64,000 bases of DNA. Source: Candidatus Omnitrophota bacterium. Its GTDB lineage: Bacteria > Omnitrophota > Gorgyraeia > Pluralincolimonadales > Pluralincolimonadaceae. The position numbers were made by a program, and so were the translations under genes. How positions within the stretch are numbered: the first letter of the stretch is position 1; each line of letters starts with the position of its first letter. Below are positions 38,010 through 46,121 of the stretch, one piece after another. The notes under the pieces were generated by a model that was not told the DNA's origin, did no database searches, and saw nothing but the letters and a program-made list of their open reading frames with translations. The stretch spans positions 8,848 through 72,847 of the forward strand of contig JBAZJG010000004.1 of assembly GCA_041651455.1 (NCBI GenBank), written 5' to 3'.

Positions 38010-38675
38010 TTAAGCCTTCTTCCTTCTCGCAAAACCAAGGATGCCTGCCAAACCGCTGCCGAGAAGAAGCATGCTCGCGGGTTCCGGGACCACGCTAAAC
38101 TGGTCCACATAGATCGCTCCGTCATAGGTGCCGGTAGAGGCCCCGCCGGTGCCGAGCTTCACGCCCATCACCATGATCTGGGTCGGGTCGAAACCGGAAT
38201 CGACGAATGCCGGGGTCGTCACGCCGGGCGTCACGGACAATGTCTGCCACGCGTCGACCGTCATGTTCGTCCACGGGCCGTACCAGGACAACCAGTTCGC
38301 GTCCTTGAAGAACATCTGCCATCCGTTGGGGGACGAAGGGTTGGTACCCGCCGCTCCCGCAGGACCGAATACCGATACCGATGTCTGGAGACCGTTAAGG
38401 TTCAACGTGTTCGCCGCGGTCCTGTTGACCAGTACTTCGCCCTTGCTGTAATTGGCGTCGCCCGGTACGAGGTGCGCTGTTCCCATCAACGAGTAAGAAC
38501 CGGATTTCGCCTGGACCGAGGACTGCGCGACAGCGGAGATAGCCTGGCTGTCGGTATAATCCTGGAATGTCCAGCCGTCGGTGCCTGATTCAAAATCATA
38601 CAGGGTCGCGCCGAACGCCGTATTCCCGAGCAATAGCACAGCTGCAATAATGAGTATACGCTTCATCATAATCAT
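38010..38675 (-). CDS. PEP-CTERM sorting-domain protein with N-terminal CBM-like beta-sandwich
   Basis: Signal peptide, N-terminal TLYDFESGTDGWTFQ (FE.G..GW CBM_4_9-like start), C-terminal VPEPASMLLLGSGLAGILGFARRKKA (PEP motif, TM helix, basic tail). Confidence 0.8.
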   Translation of the reverse strand: MIMMKRILIIAAVLLLGNTAFGATLYDFESGTDGWTFQDYTDSQAISAVAQSSVQAKSGSYSLMGTAHLVPGDANYSKGEVLVNRTAANTLNLNGLQTSVSVFGPAGAAGTNPSSPNGWQMFFKDANWLSWYGPWTNMTVDAWQTLSVTPGVTTPAFVDSGFDPTQIMVMGVKLGTGGASTGTYDGAIYVDQFSVVPEPASMLLLGSGLAGILGFARRKKA

Positions 38676-38705
38676 TTCACCTCCTCCCTTTTTGGTATTT
38701 TAAAG

Positions 38706-39335
38706 TCACTTCGAAGATCTCTTCCTTATGCCGAATATTCCCGCAAGGCCCGCGCCGAGAAGAAGCATGCTCGCCGGTTCGGGGACCGGGTTCGTCGCGA
38801 CGTTATCGATGTTCCATTTCGCGTCGCCGGTGACCGGGAGCCATCCCGATACCTCGATACCCAGCTGTCTCGCGTCTGCAAGGTTGGAGGCGCCGCTCAT
38901 GTCCCATACGAGAGTGTTCCAGCCGGGGTTCAGGCTGATCTCGCTCGATTCGGTAAGGTCCCAGGAACCGCCTGTCCTTATGCCCAGCTTTGCCTTTGCG
39001 AAGTAGATGTTATCGGGAGCGTAGAAATCCATAGTGTATAGAGGCTCGACAGAAAGGTCCTTCGAATCGGTAAAATCGCCTTTAAGGTATACTTTGCCCC
39101 AGTTGGAGCCGTCCGCGCGCGTATATGTCATGGTTGAGGTGTTGGCTTCGAGGCTCCCCGTTGCAGGGTCCTTTGACCACGACACCTGCTGTAAAGCAGG
39201 AAGTCCCGAACCCCAATCCTCACCCGCCCAACCCTGGGTATCAGCAGCAAAATCGAACTGTACCGTAGCATGCACTGCGGAATCAAAGCACAGCGTCATA
39301 ACCATGACCGCAATTACCATGAGCCTCTTTACCAT
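38706..39335 (-). CDS. PEP-CTERM sorting-domain protein with N-terminal CBM-like beta-sandwich
   Basis: Signal peptide, TVQFDFAADTQGWAGEDW start, C-terminal NPVPEPASMLLLGAGLAGIFGIRKRSSK. The sorting-signal DNA is near identical to the neighbouring paralog. Strong SD (AAGGGGGT) before the ATG. Confidence 0.8.
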   Translation of the reverse strand: MVKRLMVIAVMVMTLCFDSAVHATVQFDFAADTQGWAGEDWGSGLPALQQVSWSKDPATGSLEANTSTMTYTRADGSNWGKVYLKGDFTDSKDLSVEPLYTMDFYAPDNIYFAKAKLGIRTGGSWDLTESSEISLNPGWNTLVWDMSGASNLADARQLGIEVSGWLPVTGDAKWNIDNVATNPVPEPASMLLLGAGLAGIFGIRKRSSK

Positions 39336-39392
39336 CCTGCTACCCCCTTTCCCTTTATTAGTATATCCGAGTATACTAAGTTAGTGAAAACA

Positions 39393-39420
39393 AATAGGTG
39401 ATAACAAAAAGCTACCTATT
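39393..39420. promoter_or_regulatory. Candidate operator palindrome in the leader of the PEP-CTERM operon
   Basis: AATAGGT-N14-ACCTATT, perfect 7-bp inverted arms, between the predicted promoter and the first PEP-CTERM gene. Nearby GTATACT words recur at 55066..55072. Confidence 0.3.
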
Positions 39421-39466
39421 AGATAGAGAACAAGGCAAGTATACTCTGGTATCACTATAACGGGGA

Positions 39467-39496
39467 AAATATACCATTTTTAGGTTCCTTTGTCAA
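39467..39496 (-). promoter_or_regulatory. Sigma70-like promoter for the PEP-CTERM / pseudopilin / ABC / GH2 block
   Basis: On the minus strand TTGACA (39496..39491), 17-nt spacer, TATATT (39472..39467). This gives a ~125-nt leader that contains the palindrome at 39393..39420. Confidence 0.4.
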
Positions 39497-39549
39497 GATA
39501 ACATTGTTGCTATTTTATGGGAAATCCTTGCGTTTCTCCGTATATATCC

Positions 39550-42381
39550 CTATTCGTTGCGAAAACCGACATTATCCAGATAGAAGCTTCCGGACTCGAC
39601 ATCCCACGGGTAGAACATGAACATGACCTCTTTCATCGGCTCCGCCCTGTCGATCTCGCCCTTATGCTGCCACTTCGTCGACTCCTTCTTGAAGGTCTTG
39701 GCCATGAGGTCGAACGTTATGTTCCTGTTCCAGCCGGGGACTATTATCCGGCGCACGCTTTCGCAAAAGCCCTTGCTATTAAGGACCACCGACACCTCTA
39801 TGGAATTCGGCGCGTCGAGATATACATCGAATACCATCTTCTTCGCCTTCGAGAGGTCGAGGTCCAGTTTCGTGTTCTGGACGCATATGCCTTTGCCGTC
39901 GGTCCTCCTGCCGGCCTTGTCGAAGACGACCTTGAACGCGCTCTTGCCTTCGGTCACCTTCTCCTTCGCGAGCGAGACCTTGACTATGTCCCCCCATCCG
40001 GCATAGTCCCATTCTCCCTTGGCCTCGAAACCTTCCCAGAGCTCGCGCGGCTCTTCGGCGGCTTCTTTGTTGAGGTATTTCGATTCGATATACGCCTTGC
40101 TTGCTTTCGGGCGCGCTTTCTCATCCATGCTTATGATTTTCAGCGCGAAGTCCTTCGTTATGCCGGGCAGCGCTATCTCCATCTTCTTTCCGTTGCTTGA
40201 GGCCTGCGCGGTCCCCGTAATGACTCCTTTATATGTGTCCCAGAACTCCACCTTATAGTCGCCTTTGTCCATGCCCGCGACCGTCAGGATGGCTCCTTTT
40301 ATATCAAGGGGCTTGAACGCACCCTGGTTGAACTTGGTCCTGTAGAGGTCGTAGACCCAGACAAGCGCCCTCTTGTTGTTCAGGATCCCCTGGGCCATCA
40401 GTATCGTGCCGTCGTCGAACTCCATCGTGCCGCGGCTGTACCTGTAGGACTGTCCGCGCCTGTCTTCGCCCGCATTGAACTTCGCGAGCGAATTCCAGTG
40501 GAAATAGAGGTTCTTCGGGTCGATATAATCGTCCCACTGCCAGGGCATCGCGTCGCCCGATGACGGCGTCATGTAGGCGGCCCAGATGCCGTTGTGGTGG
40601 ACCGTCGCGTCAGGGTCCTGTATGTCGATACCGCTTAAGTTGCTTCCGCCGTACTCGCCGACGAAATACGCCTTCTTATAGTCCTTCATTATCATGTAGA
40701 GCCCGTCGAGCGTCGTGACTATCTCCGGCGTATACATATGTATCTGGCCGTAGCTTATCTCGGGCTGCTTCCATATCTCCTTCGGGAAGTTGCCGAAGTA
40801 GCTCGTCGTTATCATGTGCCTGTACGGGTCCACCGAGTTCATATACTGCGCCATCTCCTTCTGCCACGGGATATCGAGTTTCGCGTCGTAATTATCCATG
40901 AGCGTCAGCTCGTTCCACGGCTCCCACGCGAGGATGTTCGTCGAATAACCCCAGCGTGCGATTATATAGCGGACGCGCATCTTGTAGAGTTTTTTCGCCT
41001 CCGCGTTCGTCAGGAAATCGGACGGCTTCTCGCAGGGGCCGCCGTTCTTCTTGTTATACGGGTTATTCAGCCACTCGGGGTCGACCTTCGTGCTGAGCTG
41101 GCCGTGCTGGTTCATTACGAGCTGGTAGTACAGGCCGTATTTTTTAGTGAGCTCGGTTATGTCGTCGAGCAGTTTCGCGTTCTTTAGGTTGTAATTGTTG
41201 AGCCCGTGGTAATCGCCGACGTCGAGCCATTCTATCGCGCACTGCCAGCTCGACATCCATACGCGCGTCCAGTTATACATGTTCTCGTTCATCTTCGAGA
41301 AATAATGCTCGAACCTTTCCACCGACGGCGCCCAGGCGACGTTCTGCCCGAGAGGATAATAGTACTCGCCGTTCTCGAACTCGAAGAAGAGCGGGTCCTT
41401 CTTGCTTATGCGCGCGAAGCCCCTCTTCGGAGCCGAAGGAGCCGTGCATTCGAACGACATCACCTCCGACTTAGACATGCCTTTCGGGTTCTTGACCGTG
41501 ACGTAATACGTCCATGTGCCCGGCGTGACTGGCGCGAACCTTACCTTCCATGCCGCGTCGGATATGTTGACGCCGTCGACCTTGCCCGAATAGAGGAACC
41601 CCGGCATAACGTATTTCTTGCCCTGCGGGGACGTGAAATACGCCGTCAGGTCTATGTTGTCGGGATTATACGGATACTGGTACGTGCCCTCGAACGCGAC
41701 GTCTATCTCGAGCTTCTCGTACTGCTCGACTTTATCGGCCGCCGGCTTGACGGACGTGACCTTCGGCTCCTTGTACTCGGCCAGCGGTATTATCTTCTGC
41801 TCGCTCGTTATCCTCGGCGTCCTCTCGAGCCGTATATCGTCGAAGTAGACCGAGCTCTTTACGTCCGGGTCTTCCGTATACATTATGAACATTATGCGCC
41901 ACGCGATCGTGCCCGGGCGCGGCGAATAGTTATACTGCCACTTGCTCGTAGGCGACTTGAAGTCCTTTGCGTGCAGGTCGAACACGATATCCTTGTTGAG
42001 GCCTTTCCTTATCGTGGCGGTCGAGCTCTCGATAAACTCGTCGGTATACAACACGAGCGCCATCTCCATGGGCGGGCCGTCATTATATATGTCCAGCGTC
42101 AGCTTCTTTGAGGTATCGAGGTCTATGGCCGATTGTTCCCTTTCGAGCACGACGCCCTTCGGCGGGTTCTGCTTGCCCTCGGGGCCGAAGCTTATCTTGA
42201 AGCACTTCTCGCCCTCGGTCTTGTTATCGGAGACGATGGACAGCTTGGCGGCGTCGCCCCACGGGGCTATGCTCCATAGGTGCTTCGCCTCGAGCCCGTC
42301 CCAGACGACCGTTTCGGTGCCCGAAGCCCAGCACGGCGCCATTACCAGTACGGTTAATAAAGACAACAGTATCCTCTTCAT
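39550..42381 (-). CDS. Secreted glycoside hydrolase family 5 enzyme (putative beta-mannanase/glucanase) flanked by N- and C-terminal CBM-like beta-sandwich domains
   Basis: 943 aa, signal peptide. Central GH5 TIM barrel with the WEPWNEL acid/base motif. N-terminal domain ends ...VYFDDIRLER and C-terminal domain ends ...FYLDNVGFRNE, like the standalone small secreted paralogs. Paralogous to 49705..52128. Confidence 0.7.
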   Translation of the reverse strand: MKRILLSLLTVLVMAPCWASGTETVVWDGLEAKHLWSIAPWGDAAKLSIVSDNKTEGEKCFKISFGPEGKQNPPKGVVLEREQSAIDLDTSKKLTLDIYNDGPPMEMALVLYTDEFIESSTATIRKGLNKDIVFDLHAKDFKSPTSKWQYNYSPRPGTIAWRIMFIMYTEDPDVKSSVYFDDIRLERTPRITSEQKIIPLAEYKEPKVTSVKPAADKVEQYEKLEIDVAFEGTYQYPYNPDNIDLTAYFTSPQGKKYVMPGFLYSGKVDGVNISDAAWKVRFAPVTPGTWTYYVTVKNPKGMSKSEVMSFECTAPSAPKRGFARISKKDPLFFEFENGEYYYPLGQNVAWAPSVERFEHYFSKMNENMYNWTRVWMSSWQCAIEWLDVGDYHGLNNYNLKNAKLLDDITELTKKYGLYYQLVMNQHGQLSTKVDPEWLNNPYNKKNGGPCEKPSDFLTNAEAKKLYKMRVRYIIARWGYSTNILAWEPWNELTLMDNYDAKLDIPWQKEMAQYMNSVDPYRHMITTSYFGNFPKEIWKQPEISYGQIHMYTPEIVTTLDGLYMIMKDYKKAYFVGEYGGSNLSGIDIQDPDATVHHNGIWAAYMTPSSGDAMPWQWDDYIDPKNLYFHWNSLAKFNAGEDRRGQSYRYSRGTMEFDDGTILMAQGILNNKRALVWVYDLYRTKFNQGAFKPLDIKGAILTVAGMDKGDYKVEFWDTYKGVITGTAQASSNGKKMEIALPGITKDFALKIISMDEKARPKASKAYIESKYLNKEAAEEPRELWEGFEAKGEWDYAGWGDIVKVSLAKEKVTEGKSAFKVVFDKAGRRTDGKGICVQNTKLDLDLSKAKKMVFDVYLDAPNSIEVSVVLNSKGFCESVRRIIVPGWNRNITFDLMAKTFKKESTKWQHKGEIDRAEPMKEVMFMFYPWDVESGSFYLDNVGFRNE

Positions 42382-43430
42382 AGCTCCTTAGCCCTCCATG
42401 CGGCGCCTATCAATCCGGCGTCCTCTCCGAGTTTAGCGGTTACCAATCTGACTCCCCTTGACGATTCTTTCAGCGCCCTTTCGCGCATTATTTTTTCCGT
42501 CTTCCTCATGAAACCGCGACCCGCCTTCGCCATGCCTCCGGCAAGGACTATGACCTCCGGGTCGAGCGCGTTTACTATATTCGCGAGCGCGCATCCGAGA
42601 TAGCGCGCGGTCTCGTCCACCACCCTGCGCGCGGCCTTGTCGCCCTTGGCGGAAGCGAGGAACACATCTTCTGCCGTCATCGCGGCTCGTGACTTTCGCG
42701 CTTTTTTCATGCGCCGGACGACGCCTGTCGCCGACGCGTATAGTTCTATGCATCCCCTGTTGCCGCAACCGCACTTCGGCCCGTTTATGTCCACGGACAT
42801 GTGCCCGAGTTCGGCGGCGAACCCGCCTTTGCCGGTCCACAATTTCCCGTCGAGGACTATCGCGCTGCCGATCCCGGTCCCGAGCGTCAGCAGGACCATG
42901 CTCGAGGCCCGGCGTCCCGCCAGCTTGCCCGCGCCGGCTATCGCTTCGCCGAGGCCGGCGCAGTTCGCGTCGTTCTCGACTGCTACGGGGATGCGGAATC
43001 TCTTTTCAACGATCTCCTTCAGGCGGACTCCGCGCCAGTCGGGAAGGTTCGGCGGCGAGAGGACTATGCCCCTCCTGCTGTCGAGCGGGCCCGGGCAACC
43101 GGCCCCTATCGCCTCGACCTTATAACCCGAACCGTGCAATATGGCGCCTATCGCATCGAGAAGCCGCGATATCACCTTGCGGCGGCCCTGCCCTTTAAGC
43201 GTCGGCATGCGGTACCTTGTCACCACCCTGCCGCGGCCGTCGACGACTCCGAGGCGGATATTCGTTCCGCCTATGTCAATGCCGAGGTAATTCTTTATAG
43301 CGGCTTCCTCTTTCCCTTGAGCGCTATGTCGACCAGGTCGTCTATCTTCGCCGTCGCGACGCACATCACCGTATCCGCGCCGCCGTAGTATATCTTGACC
43401 GTTCCGTCCGGCTCCGGGATCGCGCCGCAT
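42378..43430 (-). CDS. ROK-family sugar kinase (glucokinase-like); N-terminal boundary unresolved
   Basis: YLGIDIGGTNIRLGVV, ENDANCAGLGE, and the zinc motif CGCGNRGCIE are ROK signatures. The kinase core begins at about 43298, but there is no in-frame ATG/GTG/TTG between 43430 and the core. The 43295..43430 stretch overlaps the GH130 3' end and encodes Arg-rich low-complexity sequence. Confidence 0.7.
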   Translation of the reverse strand: MRRDPGAGRNGQDILRRRGYGDVRRDGEDRRPGRHSAQGKEEAAIKNYLGIDIGGTNIRLGVVDGRGRVVTRYRMPTLKGQGRRKVISRLLDAIGAILHGSGYKVEAIGAGCPGPLDSRRGIVLSPPNLPDWRGVRLKEIVEKRFRIPVAVENDANCAGLGEAIAGAGKLAGRRASSMVLLTLGTGIGSAIVLDGKLWTGKGGFAAELGHMSVDINGPKCGCGNRGCIELYASATGVVRRMKKARKSRAAMTAEDVFLASAKGDKAARRVVDETARYLGCALANIVNALDPEVIVLAGGMAKAGRGFMRKTEKIMRERALKESSRGVRLVTAKLGEDAGLIGAAWRAKEL

Positions 43431-44224
43431 GTGAAGACGACGTTATGGACATAACCGACCCTCTCGAAGACCTCGTCGGGGCTCAATATGAACTGGTCCG
43501 CGATGCCTAGTACCTTCGCCGGGTCTTTCAGGTCATGCATCGCGACACCTAGCCTGTAGGTCATGCCGTCCATCGTCCATGTGACGCCGTGGTAAATGCT
43601 TAGCCAGCCTTTCTTCGTCTTTATCGGGGGCGCGCCCGCGCCTATCTTATGGTCTTCCCATATATGGTTGCCGTAAGGGGCCATTATATGCTCCTGTTCG
43701 CCCCAGTGTATCAGGTCGGGCGAGTAGGATATCCATATGCCCTGGCGTCCGACGTTCGGGCGCTCGAAGCGGCAGTACTTTCCCTTTATCTTCTCCGGGA
43801 AGAGGACGGAATTCCGGTAATCGATCGTCGTCGTCATCGCGACCCTCTCGAACTTCCGGAAATCCTTCGTCTTCGCGAGGCCTATCCTCATGCCTATCCC
43901 GGAATAACAGCTGTAGAAGATGTAATAGGTATCGCCGAGTTTCGTGATCCTCGGGTCCTCGATACCCTTCTCCTCGTATCTCGCGAACGGGCCGGTCGTC
44001 GCGGGGACCATAACCGGCTTCGGGTGTATCCTGAAGTTATAGCCGTCGTCGCTCTCGGCGAGGCCGAATACGCAGTTGCCGTTGAGCAGCAGCACCCTCA
44101 GCAGCAGGATATACTTGCCGTTGTATTTCGCCGCGCCGGAATTATAGACGCATTCGCACGGGTAAGGCATGTCCTCTTTCGTTATTATCGGGTTCTTTTC
44201 GTACTTCTTCGTCACAAACCTCAT
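43295..44224 (-). CDS. Glycoside hydrolase family 130 beta-mannoside phosphorylase
   Basis: 309 aa, cytoplasmic. 5-bladed beta-propeller GH130 pattern (NPIITKEDMPY..., FNSGAAKYNGKYILL, EDPRITKLGDTYYIFYS, GAPPIKTKKGWLSIYHGV). Confidence 0.7.
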   Translation of the reverse strand: MRFVTKKYEKNPIITKEDMPYPCECVYNSGAAKYNGKYILLLRVLLLNGNCVFGLAESDDGYNFRIHPKPVMVPATTGPFARYEEKGIEDPRITKLGDTYYIFYSCYSGIGMRIGLAKTKDFRKFERVAMTTTIDYRNSVLFPEKIKGKYCRFERPNVGRQGIWISYSPDLIHWGEQEHIMAPYGNHIWEDHKIGAGAPPIKTKKGWLSIYHGVTWTMDGMTYRLGVAMHDLKDPAKVLGIADQFILSPDEVFERVGYVHNVVFTCGAIPEPDGTVKIYYGGADTVMCVATAKIDDLVDIALKGKRKPL

Positions 44225-44240
44225 CTTATCCTCCTGTTGT

Positions 44241-45434
44241 TTAGCGTGTTTTTGAGTACCATTCCTTCACGGCATCCTGCGCCGGCTTGTTCTGTATATT
44301 GAACCCGCGGTCGGTGCTCCCGCCCATTCTATCATTTGTTCCCCAGTACCACCAATACATTCCGTAGAACCACGGCTTGTCCCAGAACGCTTCAAGCATC
44401 GCGGTGTAGCAGTCCTTCTGCAGCTCAAGGTCGACTTCCCTGCCGAGCTGGTGTTCCCACGGGGCCTTCGCCGCGCCGGTGGAGCTCTTGTAGCCGACTT
44501 CCGTCAGCAGGACCGGCTTGTTTATCTTTTTTTGCCAGGCCTCTATCGCTTCCATATGGACCTTCCATCCCTGCCTAAGGTCTTCGATGGACGGCTTCTC
44601 ATTTTCGGATAACGGGAAATACGCGTCGAGGCCGGCGTAATCGAGCTTGTCCCAGAACGCGATGTTCTGGTACTCCTCGTTCCAGTTCGCCGCATAGGTT
44701 ATAGGGCCGGAGAACTCTTTCCTTACGGGCCCTATTACGAACTGTTCCCACATCTCCGGCTTCTCGACCGCGGGGACCGTGAGTTCGACGCCTATACAGA
44801 ATATCTCGACATCATTCTCTTCCGCAAGTTTTGCGTAATGCGTTATAAACTCCCCGTAGCTCCTGAACCAGGCCTCCCAGTCCGCATCGTTACAGAATTG
44901 TATCTCCCCGCGCCAGCACCCGCTCTTTATGAGGTCGAGGTGCGGCTTAAGCATTACCTTCAGTCCCGCCTTATGCGCCTGCCCTATCGCGTGCGTGAGG
45001 CTTTCGTCGGTCGGGGTGTTGCCGCCCGGCCTTATCTGGGTCATGTTATAATCGCCCTGGTACCATGTCGTTATTATCGCCGCGTATCCGCATCCGATCG
45101 ATGACAATTTCGAGAGCGACAGGTCCGAAAAGCCCTTGCTATACGCGACCCTGTCCCACGTGACATACGTCATGCCTTTCTGGAACTGCGGGAACGGCGG
45201 CCTGTCTATCGCTTTCCTCTTTATCACGGCGTCCGGCGATACTGCGGCCGGGGCAGCCTGTTGTATTTCCGGGCCGGAAGACGTTACCGCGGTCTTCTGT
45301 GCGCCGTACGTTATCTTCGCCTTTGGCGGCGCGCCCGCCTGCGTCCTGCCGCCGCGGGTAGAGCTCAATATGAACCCCGCGAGGAACGCGAGCATTATGA
45401 TTACGGCTATCAGCACCTTATTTCGTAATGACAT
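44241..45434 (-). CDS. Membrane-anchored/secreted TIM-barrel glycoside hydrolase (clan GH-A-like; family uncertain, possibly GH113/GH5-like mannanase)
   Basis: 397 aa; N-terminal anchor helix. Conserved blocks GLKVMLKPHLD, FCIGVELT, GPITYAANW, GLDAYFPL, LTEVGY are shared with the catalytic domain of 46122..47687. The two candidate catalytic Glu residues lie in IGVEL and TEVGY. Confidence 0.45.
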   Translation of the reverse strand: MSLRNKVLIAVIIMLAFLAGFILSSTRGGRTQAGAPPKAKITYGAQKTAVTSSGPEIQQAAPAAVSPDAVIKRKAIDRPPFPQFQKGMTYVTWDRVAYSKGFSDLSLSKLSSIGCGYAAIITTWYQGDYNMTQIRPGGNTPTDESLTHAIGQAHKAGLKVMLKPHLDLIKSGCWRGEIQFCNDADWEAWFRSYGEFITHYAKLAEENDVEIFCIGVELTVPAVEKPEMWEQFVIGPVRKEFSGPITYAANWNEEYQNIAFWDKLDYAGLDAYFPLSENEKPSIEDLRQGWKVHMEAIEAWQKKINKPVLLTEVGYKSSTGAAKAPWEHQLGREVDLELQKDCYTAMLEAFWDKPWFYGMYWWYWGTNDRMGGSTDRGFNIQNKPAQDAVKEWYSKTR

Positions 45435-45468
45435 ATATTAGGTCCCCTGTATATTAGTTATGACCACT

Positions 45469-45499
45469 GCTGGACCGGAGCTATTGACCCCGGTCCAGC
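45469..45499 (-). other. Intergenic stem-loop between the small secreted CBM-like gene and the TIM-barrel GH gene
   Basis: GCTGGACCGG / CCGGTCCAGC perfect 10-bp stem with an 11-nt loop. Not followed by a T-run on the minus strand, so not a canonical terminator. Confidence 0.3.
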
Positions 45500-45509
45500 G
45501 GTCCATTTC

Positions 45510-46094
45510 TTATTCCAGCCTTATGTTGTCAACGTAATACATGCCCTTCCACTCGGACTTGTTGTTCTCGACCCTTACGCCGAACTTGCGGACATCTTTC
45601 CTGAAGTTGTCATCGACGAGGGTGTTTTTCCAGTCCTTGCTTCCGGGGGCCAGGCTCGCGGTTATCGTCGTTACCTGCCCGGGCGTCAACGGGACCGTCT
45701 TGCTCATCTCGGTCCATTTCCATTCCTCGCCCGTGGTAAGGATTATCTTGCCCTTGAGCCCTGCGGGAGCGTCCTTCGGGATGTATATGTCTACCGAGAG
45801 TTTGCTGTAAGCCGACCAGTCATAATAATCCTCGATCTCGACATACGCGCCCGACCATTTCCCGCCCAGATACTCGGAAACCACCTTCATCGATTTCTTG
45901 CCTTCCGAGGCCCAGTCGGGGGAGATCGAGACGTCCCTTGCCACATGGTCTTCCTTTTCGAGGGCCCAATCCGGCACCCGCCATCCGCCGGTGTCGTCCT
46001 CGAAACCGTACAATACTGCCCTGGCGGCCGCGTGAGAGAACCCGCTGATCGCGAGAAGTGACACGGCCAGAATTACTGCTGCTAACCTGCCCAT
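45510..46094 (-). CDS. Small secreted CBM_4_9-like beta-sandwich protein (paralog S1)
   Basis: 194 aa, signal peptide, VLYGFEDDTGGWRVPDW start, C-terminal YYVDNIRLE. Same module family as 52149..53883 and as the PEP-CTERM proteins. Confidence 0.5.
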   Translation of the reverse strand: MGRLAAVILAVSLLAISGFSHAAARAVLYGFEDDTGGWRVPDWALEKEDHVARDVSISPDWASEGKKSMKVVSEYLGGKWSGAYVEIEDYYDWSAYSKLSVDIYIPKDAPAGLKGKIILTTGEEWKWTEMSKTVPLTPGQVTTITASLAPGSKDWKNTLVDDNFRKDVRKFGVRVENNKSEWKGMYYVDNIRLE

Positions 46095-46121
46095 TGCAAC
46101 TGCCTCCTTTCCCGGCCTATC

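Noticed and set aside
42378-43430. Taking the track's ATG at 43430 as the true ROK start
   Set aside because: It requires a 135-nt out-of-frame overlap with GH130 and an Arg-rich 44-aa N-terminal extension with no ROK homology. Kept only as the ORF boundary with the start flagged as unresolved.
45435-45509. Hairpin 45469..45499 as an intrinsic terminator
   Set aside because: Good stem, but there is no downstream U-tract on the transcribed (minus) strand. Recorded as a structural element only.
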